In this document: positions 50,188 to 62,815 of the stretch, in pieces
How the letters are laid out: each line of letters starts with the position of its first letter
How positions within the stretch are numbered: the first letter of the stretch is position 1
Source of the DNA: Octopus bimaculoides
Taxonomy: Eukaryota
Direction: 5' to 3'
Assembly (NCBI RefSeq): GCF_001194135.2
Contig: NC_068994.1
Span: 38,634,725-38,698,724 of the forward strand
DNA length: 64,000 nucleotides
The notes under the pieces: model-generated
Seen by the model: the letters and a program-made list of their open reading frames with translations, nothing else
Told to the model about the DNA's origin: nothing
Database searches by the model: none
Position numbers and translations under genes: made by a program

Positions 50188-51499
50188 ATCTTGAAGATCC
50201 CTTATTTGCTTGTAATAGTATATCAGGTAAAAAAAAGGAAGTGATTTAACAATAGCGAATCAACAAATTTATATAATTACTAGAATCTGAGATTATTGAT
50301 TATTTGTATGCATTAGCAGGAATTACTTTAGATGGTAGATTGCCCAGTTTAACCTCATGGCCTGCCTATTGGGTACCTACTCTGATACAATATCCAGATC
50401 AGATTTCCAGTCTTTTTACTAACTAAGCCATATTCCACTGCTTATTATATGTGGGACCAGGTTTTCCTGGATATGTCTGTGACGACTGAAAAGCAAGTGG
50501 GTGAATTAAACATGACATGTTTAATAAAGTGAAATAAGCATCAGATATATTTTACTCCAAGTAGAAACTGCCGAAAGTTAATTATTTAGAAATACTGCAA
50601 ACACTTTCCCTTCCTGATGTATCTTCAATAGATATCTCACAAGCAGGATCTTTAGTCTGTAACTTTGCCTGAGAGGAACAGCAAGGGCTAAATTAGCCTA
50701 TATCTGCAGAAGGGTTCCATCTGCAGTTTTTGTCAACTACAGCCACTTTTCTTTAGTCTCAGTAGTCATGGCTGTCTCCCGAATGACTTTCTTCAGTTGT
50801 CTGAATTTCAAACAAATCTTTGGCATAAAACAGTCTACTCAACTTGCTGGGATATTGTAGCAAATGACTTCAATAAAGACTGAGATTGCATGCCATCGTT
50901 TAAAAATTATTCAATACTATGGTGAAAAGAAAAGTAATTATATGAATGTAAATACTGTTTTGTATTTTCATAACTAAAGAGGATGAAGACAAAGTGTTGC
51001 TTATATTTGTGGTAGAGTTGGGGTAGCTAGTATTGCCACTTTCAAAATCACTGCCATAATACCTGGTAGGGTACAATAGTTAGTTTTGTTTTTCTAGACT
51101 CTGAGATCAAATCTTGCTGGCATTAGCCATGCTTTTCATATTTGTGTGGCTGATAAAATGAATAACAGTAATAACAGTAATATGCTGGAGTAATAGCTAC
51201 ATAAAAAACAAAAACATATTAATATTAGAGCTAGTAAGATTTCACAACAGCCAAAATCAATGGGGATTTTGGCAAGATGTCTTGACATATTTTTTGTGTT
51301 AGAATCCAGCTAGTAATACTGTATAACTTTTGATCTACTCTATCAATTTATGGTGTACAAAACTATAACATAAAACAATTTCTAATAATATTGTGCTTCC
51401 AACAATGTTGTATAGATCTGTTAACTTCATATTTCATGCTTTCATTATATTAAGGTTTCAGTTGACATAGTTTTCAATACTCACCCTAACTGTAAAATT

Positions 51500-51705
51500 T
51501 TGATTAAGACTGAATTTACAGAGTCTTATAAAGACTGAACTTGCAGACTTTTGTTAAGGCTGATTTTACAAACCCTTATAACGACTAAATTTACAAACCC
51601 TTCTGAAGATCGAATTTACAAATTCTTATAAAGATTGGAATTTGCAAACTCTTATTAATATTGGAATTTGCAAACCTTTATTAAGATTGGAATTTACAAA
51701 CCAAT
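51500..51705. repeat. Degenerate ~24-bp minisatellite (AAGACTGAATTTACAAACCCTTAT-like), about 8-9 units
   Basis: Regular recurrence of GAATTT(A/G)CAAAC. Confidence 0.8.
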
Positions 51706-52175
51706 ATCATGAGGTCATCTTTGGCTTTCATCATTCTGGAGTCAATAAAATAAAATACCAGTGAAGTACTGTGTTCAATATAATCGATTATACACCCTTC
51801 TGAAATTTGTGGCTATGTGCCAATTTTAGAGATCAACATTAATTTAGCACACCAGATGACAGCTCACTGTCCTCTGTCTTCTAATAAATAGATACCTCTA
51901 ATTATGAAAAGTCAATTAGTTGACTATTTATCACACCTGCATGTAATAAATTAAATATTGATTGCCTGATTGATTAATTGATTATATAAAATTATATTTC
52001 AGTTCTTCACTTGTTCTTGGTATTTGCCCATGTACTTGACTACGATTCAAATGTTAGGCTCCTTATTAAGCACTTCAGCCAGTAAATTTGGTAGATGGAA
52101 GCTGTGTGAAAGCCTGTTCATATACATACATACATACAAACATACATACATACATACACACATACATACATACAA

Positions 52176-52208
<33 letters not shown>

Positions 52209-52254
52209 CATACATATATACATACATATACATACATACATATATATATATATA

Positions 52255-52495
52255 TCATCATCATCATCACCATCATCATTTAACATCCGCTTTCCATGCT
52301 GGCATAAGTTGGACGGTTTGACTGAGGACTGGTGAGTCAGATGGCTACACCAGGCTCTAGTCTGATCTGGCAGAGTTTCTACAGCTGGATGCCCTTCCTA
52401 ATGCCAACCACTCCGAGAATGTAGAGGGTGCTTTTTATGTGCCACCAGCATGATAGCCAGTCAGGCGGTACTGGCAATGGCCATTCTCAAAAGGT
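52255..52495 (-). mobile_element. Family D element (older copy)
   Basis: CATCATCATTTAACATCCGCTTTCCATGCTGGC...CAGTCAGGCGGTACTGGCAATGGCC. Confidence 0.85.
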
Positions 52496-52611
52496 GAGTG
52501 CAACAAATAACAATTTATTTCATTTGAGAATGCTTTGTAGAATACAGGATTATGTTATTGCAGCACAGAATCTTTTATCTGTAGAGGAAAGTGTAGCAAT
52601 GCTAATGAAAG

Positions 52612-52650
<39 letters not shown>

Positions 52651-54051
52651 GGATAACAGAGTTCATAACGATAATGATGAAACAGAATAAAAATAATAAA
52701 GTTAAAATTATAAATATCAATATAAATACAAATATAAATATAAAAATAAAAAAGATAAATAAATGGGTAGATAAATGGACAGAAAGATAAATGGATTGAT
52801 AGAACATGATGGTAATCACACGGAAGGTGATAAAATAAGGATAAAGTTAAAATAAGCCGATAAATTGATGAGGGGACACCCAAGAGATACAACATCTCAC
52901 AGCACGACAAATGAGTGAAGCTGGGTATAAACTATATGAAAGGGAATTCACCATGCAGAGTCCACACACATGGACATACATAGACATGTATGAAGATGCA
53001 TGTACACACACACACACACAAATGTATATATATACAGATGCATAAAGATGCACTAGCACACACATACATAGACACAGGAGTGGGTGGGTGGTAAGAAGCT
53101 TGATTCCAAACCACATGGTTCTGAGTTCAGTCTCAATGTGTGGCACCTTGGGCAAGTGTCTTCTACTATAGCCTCAGGCCGACCAAAGCCTTGTAAGTGG
53201 ATTTGTTAGCCAGAAACTGAAAGAAGCCCGTTGTATATATATATATATATNNNNNNNNNNNNNNNNNNNNNNNNNNNNNNNNNNNNNNNNNNNNNNNNNN
53301 NNNNNNNNNNNNNNNNNNNNNNNNNNNNNNNNNNNNNNNNNNNNNNNNNNNNNNNNNNNNNNNNNNNNNNNNNNNNNNNNNNNNNNNNNNNNNNNNNNNN
53401 NNNNNNNNNNNNNNNNNNNNNNNNNNNNNNNNNNNNNNNNNNNNNNNNNNNNNNNNNNNNNNNNNNNNNNNNNNNNNNNNNNNNNNNNNNNNNNNNNTGT
53501 ATGAACTTTGTAGTGTTACATACTGATTATCACACATTCTCTGATAATAAGATGAAAATGTTAAAAACAGTGTAAGTATGAAAATACATATATGGAAAAA
53601 TACATATACATATTCTTTGATAATAATAGAAAATGTTAGAAACAGTTTAAGTATCAAAATACATATATACATTCTTTGATAATAATAATAAGAATATGTT
53701 TGAAGCAGTTTACAAGGTTGTTATAACAAAAAGGATTTGGTAAAATATGTATATATATACCCAGGAAATATATTTAAGAGTTCGCAAAAAGTTGAGGAGG
53801 AACTGACCTGGCTTTTTTCTCTTGTGTGTATTGAGGGAATGTTTTGCTGTCTTAAGAGACTTATATATGTATATATGTGTATATATTTGTGTGTATCTTT
53901 GTTTGTCTCCCCCACCATTGCTTGACAACCGATGTTGGTGTGTTTACATCCCTGTAACTTAGCAGTTCAGCAAAAGAGACTGAATAAGAGAGAGAGAGTG
54001 AAAGAGTAAGTGAGTGAATGCGTATGTTCTTATGTATGTGTCAGTGGCACA

Positions 54052-54091
<40 letters not shown>

Positions 54092-54364
54092 TCCATTTCA
54101 TATACACGTTCATACATCTTTCACTTTCTCCTCTCTTTCACTTTGAAACAAAAGTAACAGGTGATTTTCAGGATAAAGATTGTTAAAAAAAAGCTCCCAT
54201 TAATGTAAATTGATTACTATTGTTTGGATAGTTCCAGTTAAATAAGTCCAGAAGTTAGGTTAAATATATATACATGCATAAGTACCGTGAACTCCCATTC
54301 TACAAACTGGCAAACAGTTCTGTGAATACTTTATTGGGCATGGCTGGGTAGTAAGTCTAGTATT

Positions 54365-54418
<54 letters not shown>

Positions 54419-55845
54419 TACATTATTTTTATGAAAGGAAGCAATCATATAAACATATTCTACCATCAATTCTTATATGGTGTGAAAAATAGTTATATTG
54501 TTAGTGTTTACTAATAACACAAATTTGAATGCTTATGAAAAGACAACACACTTGTGAAATAGGATTTTCACAGGTAATGCAATATATAACTAAATGACTG
54601 AGTGAAAAAAAGAAAGATAATTACAAAATAGTGACGTTTTTAATAATATTAGCTTATTATTTGATATTTTGTGGTTTGTTTCTTATAATTCCTATGATAT
54701 TGTTGTCTTGGCAAAGATTTTTTGTTATTAATGATTTAGCTAGAAAAGAAAGTGCGATTCTTTTGGACCACTTCAGGTCTCTGAGATTAGTAGAAGAAGG
54801 GTCAGAAACCTAACCCAAATGATTGCAATGGATTAGTGTCTGAAAAAAAAAGAAACATTTAAAGGTGAGAAGAATGGTGTTAGACACATCAATTGATCAA
54901 ACCCACCACTCTGCACACAAAACTGGTTAGAGTGACAGGCTTCCACATAGTTATCTCTTATTTTTTCAGTCATTGGACTGTGACCATGCTACAGCACCAC
55001 CTTGAAAGGTTTAGCTGAACAAACCAACCTCAGGGCTCAGCTTTTAAGTCTAGTACTTATTCAATGTGCCACTTTGCCGAACCGCTATGTTATGAGGACA
55101 TAAACAAAGCAACACTGGTTATCAGTTGCTGGTGGTGGTGGTGAACAAACATAAACACACTCTACCTAATGTGTGTGCACACACTCTCTCACACACACAT
55201 ACGATAGGCTTCCTTATAGTTTCTCTATACTAAGTTCACTCACAAGGCATTGGCTGGCCTGGGGCTACAATAGAAGACTCCTACCCAAGGTGCCATGCAG
55301 TGAACCAAAAACCACGTGGTTGCAAAGCAATCTTCTTAACCACAGAACCCTCCTTAATTTAACTCACAAGGCTTTAAACAAAGCATTATGAAGAAGACAT
55401 TTAACCAGGGTGCAATGCAGTGGGGATAGAATCTGAAACTACAGTTTAAAAATTGTGGTACTCCATAAGTTATGACAACGAGGGTTCCAGTTGATCTGAT
55501 CAAATAGAATAACCTGCTCGTGAAGTTAATGTGTAAGTGGCTGAGCACTCCACAGACATGTGTACCCTTAATGTAGTTCTCATATTATATTGTTATATGA
55601 ATATAATATAATATTATTTTAATAAATTTTAATTTTTGAATTGACAACTGTATATCTCCATTTTCTTTTCATTTTTATAAATATAATATACACCCATGTG
55701 AATTGTAAAGTTTTTCTCTACTAAATTGGGTATTAAATAGCTAAGCTCTTGAAAAATTGGACATTTTCATCCCTATAAGATGAACCTATTTTCTTTATAT
55801 TAGATCTTTGATTTTTATATATACATACATACATACATACATACA

Positions 55846-55881
<36 letters not shown>

Positions 55882-56585
55882 TATATGAATACATGCATAC
55901 ATACATACATACATACANNNNNNNNNNNNNNNNNNNNNNNNNNNNNNNNNNNNNNNNNNNNNNNNNNNNNNNNNNNNNNNNNNNNNNNNNNNNNNNNNNN
56001 NNNNNNNNNNNNNNNNNNNNNNNNNNNNNNNNNNNNNNNNNNNNNNNNNNNNNNNNNNNNNNNNNNNNNNNNNNNNNNNNNNNNNNNNNNNNNNNNNNNN
56101 NNNNNNNNNNNNNNNNNNNNNNNNNNNNNNNNNNNNNNNNNNNNNNNNNNNNNNNNNNNNNNNNNNNNNNNNNNNNNNNNNNNNNNNNNNNNNNNNNNNN
56201 NNNNNNNNNNNNNNNNNNNNNNNNNNNNNNNNNNNNNNNNNNNNNNNNNNNNNNNNNNNNNNNNNNNNNNNNNNNNNNNNNNNNNNNNNNNNNNNNNNNN
56301 NNNNNNNNNNNNNNNNNNNNNNNNNNNNNNNNNNNNNNNNNNNNNNNNNNNNNNNNNNNNNNNNNNNNNNNNNNNNNNNNNNNNNNNNNNNNNNNNNNNN
56401 NNNNNNNNNNNNNNNNNNNNNNNNNNNNNNNNNNNNNNNNNNNNNNNNNNNNNNNNNNNNNNNNNNNNNNNNNNNNNNNNNNNNNNNNNNNNNNNNNNNN
56501 NNNNNNNNNNNNNNNNNNNNNNNNNNNNNNNNNNNNNNNNNNNNNNNNNNNNNNNNNNNNNNNNNNNNNNNNNNNNNNNNNNNNN

Positions 56586-56657
<72 letters not shown>

Positions 56658-58628
56658 ACACTCACACACACATATATACGTATACATATATAAATGTGTG
56701 AAACTACATAGTTTGCCATGCCTTTCTTTTTTATTACATTGGGATGTAATTTGAGGAAGATTTGGTTATTAATTCTAACAGACCCCAATGACTGCATAGA
56801 GGCTACCACTTTGGCTTATTACTAATGCAAATAGATATTATGAAGTGGTCTAGATCAGTGCTAGAGATAGTCATGATAGTTGTTTAATTGATGAGATTTT
56901 CGATCATGCATAAACCTGGAAAAGGTCCACCTACTTAATATTATGTGCTTGTATGACCCAATGAGCTTAGTGGACATAATGGACTCTCATTTCATGAGCA
57001 TTCCAGATGTTCAACGAATGGAACTATCTACTTACAGAATTACAATGTAAGGGGTTGTGTATTCTACTGATTCATACCCTATTAGTGTAATCTACAAGGT
57101 GACAGTCTTGAGGCTGTGTGACAAGACTGGGTATTTGGATTACAGTAACATGTCCACCCAATAATGAATTTCTGCATATGGTTTGAATTGATGTAATGTC
57201 TAACTAATCATGTTCTTAATTTAATAAAAGTTTTCTTTCAAATAACATTTCTTAAATTGGAGAAGTGTATATATCAAATCAATTCTAGAATATCATAAGC
57301 AATTCAATGTATTATCGAATTACAAATGAAAATTAAAATTGAGCCTAGTACGATTCAGAGTCAATGAAAAAATAGAGTTTGAATCAATGAAATATCTAAC
57401 ATTGAAATCTGTAGTTTTCAGTTGTCTCCACTTTCAAGCTTCTTTAAGCAAGTTTCAAATTTTGGCACTGGGAAAAGAGTTAGTTGATTATATCAACTCC
57501 AGTACTTGACTGGTATTGATCTCAGCAGAATTTGAGCTAAGAACATAAACAACCAAAAGATGTAAAGCTAAGCATTTTGTCTGACATGTTTATGATTCTG
57601 CTAGCTCACCACTTTAGTTTCTTTAAATAATAAATATATCTTTGTTTTAATTTATTCACGCCTCTAAAATTTAGGGATATGAGATAAAAGAATCTGAAAT
57701 CTCAGAATGCATCACAGGGAATTAATTCTCATGTATCAAAGGTATAAAGCATTTTGATTGAACAATACCAATGAAATTCTCTGAGAAAATACTCAGTCAA
57801 TGATTAGAATGACACTTTAGCATTCATCTGTAACCAATACATTAAAAGAGCATCAGCATTTTAAAAGTTTCAATCAATGAAGGCTGGTGAAGCAAAATGT
57901 CAATTAATAATTAATAATATAATTTGACATCAAAATGTCACAAGCTGCTTGACAAGAATAAATAAATTAATAAATAATCTCACAAATGATTATGTTATTT
58001 TGAATATGTATCAAAAAAAAAAACACATTATTTAAGTTTTTGCTTAAAACTATACAGGTTTTTTTTTAATGGCAAACCTTTTAAACAAATGCTATTAGCA
58101 TAATCTTGTAGTTAGTTTATGAGTTTGTATCCTGACATAGCAACTTAATTTTGTAGTCTGCTCTAAATACTATTATATTCTTGCACTGACTTAGCATTGG
58201 CATAATTCTGAGAAAGTTGCAAAGTAATATCATTATAGAAGAAATTTAAGTATATAATTATTTAATGCTAGAGAAATCAGTGATAACAAAGGGTGCAAGG
58301 AATTATTGAAGCCTAAGTAAAGAATCTTTAAGATATCACTATCTGAGAAAGAAGGTTTAATTTCAATCTCCAGATGATACTTAATACCACTGCTTACTGA
58401 AGTTAATCAAAGAAGATAATGGGTGATGAACTTCATAATCCATACTAATAGTTCATAAGATAACTTATGTTATTCTCTGGATGAAGATACCTACCACATC
58501 TCTAGTAAAGTATAGATAAGTCCGTCCTATTTCATAAATAAAATTCCTTGAAAATAAAATACACTTCTTGAAGTTTTAGGTGAGGATTTCTATGTCTGGC
58601 TCAATGAAGATGTTAAGAATTTCTGATA

Positions 58629-58657
58629 TTACATACAAATAACTTCCTTTGAAATTG
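58629..58657 (-). CDS. Candidate terminal coding segment following a 97-bp intron
   Basis: Intron 58754-58658 (GTATGT...CTGATAGGATTCTTACAG); continues the frame as (A)ISKEVICM*. Confidence 0.35.
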
Positions 58658-58754
58658 CTGTAAGAATCCTATCAGAGATTGGTTTTTACAGAATCGTAAT
58701 TTTTTTTTATTATTATTTTTAAAACATTAATAGTCTTTAACATTAACAACATAC

Positions 58755-58905
58755 CTGCAAGTTCTTCATAGTGTTCTGTGCTTCCTTCTCTCCAATTGTG
58801 TCCAGTATCTTTATAAGAAGAGAGGACTGACATCTCTTTGACATGTTCAGAGGGTACATCAATATGGCCTTCCTTGTTACCAAAACTATGCGTAAATATA
58901 GTGGG
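58755..58905 (-). CDS. Candidate internal coding exon (151 nt) of an unidentified gene
   Basis: AATTTTCAG|CCCACT...CTTGCAG|GTATGT; phase-0 frame PTIFTHSFGNKEGHIDVPSEHVKEMSVLSSYKDTGHNWREGSTEHYEELA is open, with 17/50 codons starting with G and mostly A/T third positions; a second frame is also open. Confidence 0.5.
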
Positions 58906-59388
58906 CTGAAAATTCATCAATGTAAACAATAGAATGGTTGTATATGATAGTTTCTGGCTAATTTCTTTTTATTTTCGGAAATCAATACTGAAATGGTGAA
59001 GCCTATAGCCATTTTTACTTCATGCTTGATAATGTCCTGAATTGCTAAATCAGATTACCGATGTTTATTTATTTTGATGTAAGGAAAAGAGAGAAATGTT
59101 TTAGCTCTTATGATGCCCTCTGGTAGATGTCAGTGTCATAAATACTGAGCTATTACTTTCTATGGTAGTTTTTATGACACTTCAGCTAAACATTACATTA
59201 GCATTAAGTAGTCAGTTTAGCCAAGAATAGGTTATTGATACCTGACAGCAATACCTCAGTCAACAGGCTATATTAAACAATAGCAACAAACACTATTCTA
59301 TTACTCGCATTACAATTTTTCTTTTCTTTTGTTTTTATAGCTTCCTCTCTTTCTCTCTTTTTCTCACTCTTCACTCTTTCTCTGTCCT

Positions 59389-59430
<42 letters not shown>

Positions 59431-60169
59431 TTTCACACTCTTTCTCCTTTCTTCTTATTCGTTCTATGTCAATATTCCACACAGGACAAAAGATAAACCT
59501 TTTAGAAGAGATTCTAGTGAAGAGATTTAATAATCAGAGTGGTGCAGCAGAGTTGCAGACACTCCTACTTCAACAAAACCTCTTTATCTAGTTCATGCAA
59601 GCATAGAAAATGGGCGTTAAAACTGACAGTTAATGATGGTCTATGTAAGAATGAAGGGGACAGTAATGGAGGAGGTGGTGGTGGTGGTGGTGATGGTGAT
59701 GCCAAAGCTGGTAGGAGTAAGGGGGTGGGGGTAGGATAGAAGATGATAGTGGTGGTGGTGGTGGTGGTATGTGCTTTTGCTGCTGCTGATAATGAATTTA
59801 AGGTTTGGAGTGGTAGGGGTTAATCATAGTACTGATGACAGTCTCTGAAAGAAGGGAATTTGTGATAACGTTGTTGTTGTTGTTCTCAATCATGATCATC
59901 ATCATTATCATTGTTGTTGCTTAGATGTCGGTCAGCCCTGACTGAGCAAACCTATGATCAAAGGCATTCCAGCCATGACCATTCCATTTCTTTTTTAGCA
60001 TTTACAGGACCACGTTATCTTATATGTTATTCTCATAGAGAAGATGGTAGAATGTGGTTTGAGATAGATTTGGTTTCTATTTTCAGCTGGCCTACTGACC
60101 ACGAAAAGACTCCCTCTGCTGTAGTAGACCACATTAGTACCAGAAGAGTTACCAATGGTGGTGGTGTTG

Positions 60170-60620
60170 TAGTGGTCATTTTTTTTGTTGATATTGGTGG
60201 TGGTGTCGTTGGAAATAGTGGTGATACTGGTGATGACTAGTGAGGATGAAGATGGTGGTGATGGTGATAACAGTGAGGTGGAAATGGTGATGGAGGTAGT
60301 AACAGAGGTTATGATGGATGATGATGGGGGTGGTGTCGATGGTGTTAACTGGTGTTAATGTTGGTATATTGATAATAGTGTCGATGGTAGTGATAGTGGT
60401 GATAGTAATGGTGTTGGCGACGTGGGTGGTGGCAATAATAAAAGTAATGCCGATGATGATGGTGAGGGTAGTAGTGGACATAATATCTGTAAGTGTTGAA
60501 GATGGTGGTGGTGGTGGTATTGGTAGTGGTAGTGGTGGTGGTGACGATGGTGGTGATGGTGGTGATGATGGAGCCGAGTTAATGGTGTTTGTTGGTGTTG
60601 GTGCTACTAAATGTGTGAAT
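60170..60620. repeat. Degenerate (GGT/GAT)n low-complexity tract
   Basis: Read directly; it is the source of the spurious poly-Val/Gly/Thr/His ORFs. Confidence 0.9.
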
Positions 60621-61159
60621 GTTAGTAACAGCAGTAGAGTGGTAGCTGTTATAAAAAAAGGTAGTGGTAATTGTAACAGTTTGTGCCACTAAAGATAGTG
60701 CTGGTGGCATCAGAAGTTGTTGTTGTTGTTGTTGTTTACATCAGTGATTCAGAAACTGGCAAATACCAGACCCTCCCTTATTCCTACTAAAGGATTAATG
60801 AAATTCTTCGGACCCCTCCACTCTGTTACTTAGACCACAAAATAAAGTTTGCAGCTGTATAATTCTTCATCATCTTTGCTAGGTAGTAAGGCATGGAAAC
60901 CAACTCGTGGCAGAATTGTTAGAGAGTCAGAAAAAAAAAAAAAATGCCTTGCAGTAGTTTTCTTCGACTCTTAACATTCCAAGTTCAAATCCCACCAAGG
61001 TCAACTTTGCCTTTTTTTCCCCTCCAAAGTTCAGTGAAATAAAGTACCAGTTAAATACTGGAGTTGATATAATCAACTAATCCTTTATTTCAAAGTTACT
61101 GGTCTTGTGCCTTAATCAGAAATTCTAGTATTTGACCAACCCACCAAAAATCCTTGTAA

Positions 61160-61512
61160 GGCGCAAGAGTGGCTGTGTGGTAAGTAGCTTGCTTACCGAC
61201 CACATGGTTCTGGGTTCATTTCCACTGCGTGGTGCCTTGGGCAAGTGTCTTCTACTATAGCCTTGGGCCGACCAAAGCCTTGTGGTGTGTGTATATATGT
61301 TTGTGTGTCTGTGTTCGTCCCCACAACATCACTTGACAACCAATGCTGGTGTGTTTACGTCCTCGTAACTTAGCAGTTCGGCAAAAGAGACCGATAGAAT
61401 AAGTACTTGGCTTCCAAAGAATAAGTCCTGGGGGTCGATTTGCTCGACTACAGGTGGTGCTCCAGCATGGCTGCAGTCAAATGACTGAAACAAGTAAAAG
61501 AGTAAAAGAGAA
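61160..61512 (+). mobile_element. Best-preserved SINE family A copy
   Basis: GGCGCAAGAGTGGCTGTGTGGTAAG...GGTGGTGCTCCAGCATGGCTGCAGTCAAATGACTGAAACAAGTAAAAGAGTAAAAGAG, many CpGs retained. Confidence 0.92.
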
Positions 61513-62070
61513 AGAGAAAGAGTAACCCCATCCCAGGTGGGGTCGTAGCTGGTCTTCTCTTTGTAAAGACAATGGTTTAGACCACGAGAGATCTGATTAA
61601 GTGTAAATCTATGACTTAAGATGTTCCAGCCATGATCAGCTCAACTTTTTATTAGTTCAGTACTGACATTAACCAATGTGATCTCTTTTTTTTAAAGATG
61701 ATAGATTGGTATCTGAGGGAGAGATTTAGCTATTATTTCTAACAAATTGAGCAACCACACAGAGCCGTAGATCTGAATTTTCTGTAGTAGTAGTAGTAGT
61801 TTGTTGGAAGAATAAAATTAGTCATGGTGATGAATGTGAGGACTCCCTGATTGAACACAATCACATGATCAAAGGCATTCACATCCTGACCATCCCATAT
61901 TATATAGACTATATGGTGTTATTTGTGAGAGACTTTTGCTGCTATTTTTAACAAGTCAAGCAAGCTCATAAGAGGCAGTCTTATTGTACAGCTGAAGATA
62001 GTATTAAGAGTGATAGGTGCGCATATATATATATATTGTACGTATATATGCATATACTCATTTATTATTT

Positions 62071-62116
<46 letters not shown>

Positions 62117-62124
62117 ATATATAT

Positions 62125-62151
62125 CCGACGAAGAGCTCCGCTCGAAGCGTC
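62125..62151 (+). ncRNA. Degenerate minimal hammerhead-ribozyme motif (Penelope-type), probably inactive
   Basis: CCGACGA-A-GAGC(TCC)GCTC-GAAG-CGTC versus the core CUGANGA-stemII-GAAA-...GUC; two core substitutions; no clear stem I. Confidence 0.45.
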
Positions 62152-62604
62152 AAATTTTCTTTCTTTCCTTTCCCGAGCATCCAGTAATGCAATGTGTATC
62201 ACGTNNNNNNNNNNNNNNNNNNNNNNNNNNNNNNNNNNNNNNNNNNNNNNNNNNNNNNNNNNNNNNNNNNNNNNNNNNNNNNNNNNNNNNNNNNNNNNNN
62301 NNNNNNNNNNNNNNNNNNNNNNNNNNNNNNNNNNNNNNNNNNNNNNNNNNNNNNNNNNNNNNNNNNNNNNNNNNNNNNNNNNNNNNNNNNNNNNNNNNNN
62401 NNNNNNNNNNNNNNNNNNNNNNNNNNNNNATATATATATATATATATACGCACTGACACACATATACACACACACACATATTGATTTTGATGACGAGTGT
62501 TTAGTTGTGTGATTGTCTATCCGTTGAAATAATATAGAAGAGTATTCTAAAGTCAAATGTTCTCTTAAGCAAAATCAGTATGACACAATATATGACCTTT
62601 GAAA

Positions 62605-62815
62605 GGTGGTGAGCTGGCAGAAACGTTAGTACGCGGGGCGAAATGCTTAGCGGTATTTCGTCTGTCTTTACGTTCTGAGTTCAAATTCCACTGAGGTCGA
62701 CTTTGCCTCTCATCCTTCCGGGGTCGGTAAATTAAGTACCAGTTGTGTACTGGGATCAATCTAATTGACTGCCACCCATCCCCCAAAATTTTGGGCCTTG
62801 TGCCTAGAGTAGAAA
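62605..62815 (+). mobile_element. SINE family B copy (young, CpG-rich)
   Basis: GGTGGTGAGCTGGCAGAAACGTTAGTACGCG...GAGGTCGACTTTGCCTCTCATCCTTCCGGGGTCGG...CCTTGTGCCTAGAGTAGAAA. Confidence 0.9.

Noticed and set aside
54690-57090. Minus-strand exon pair (about 57090-57035 and an acceptor at about 54783) joining in frame
   Set aside because: Phase compatibility has a 1-in-3 chance, the peptide is unrecognisable, and it cannot be linked in phase to the 58755 donor
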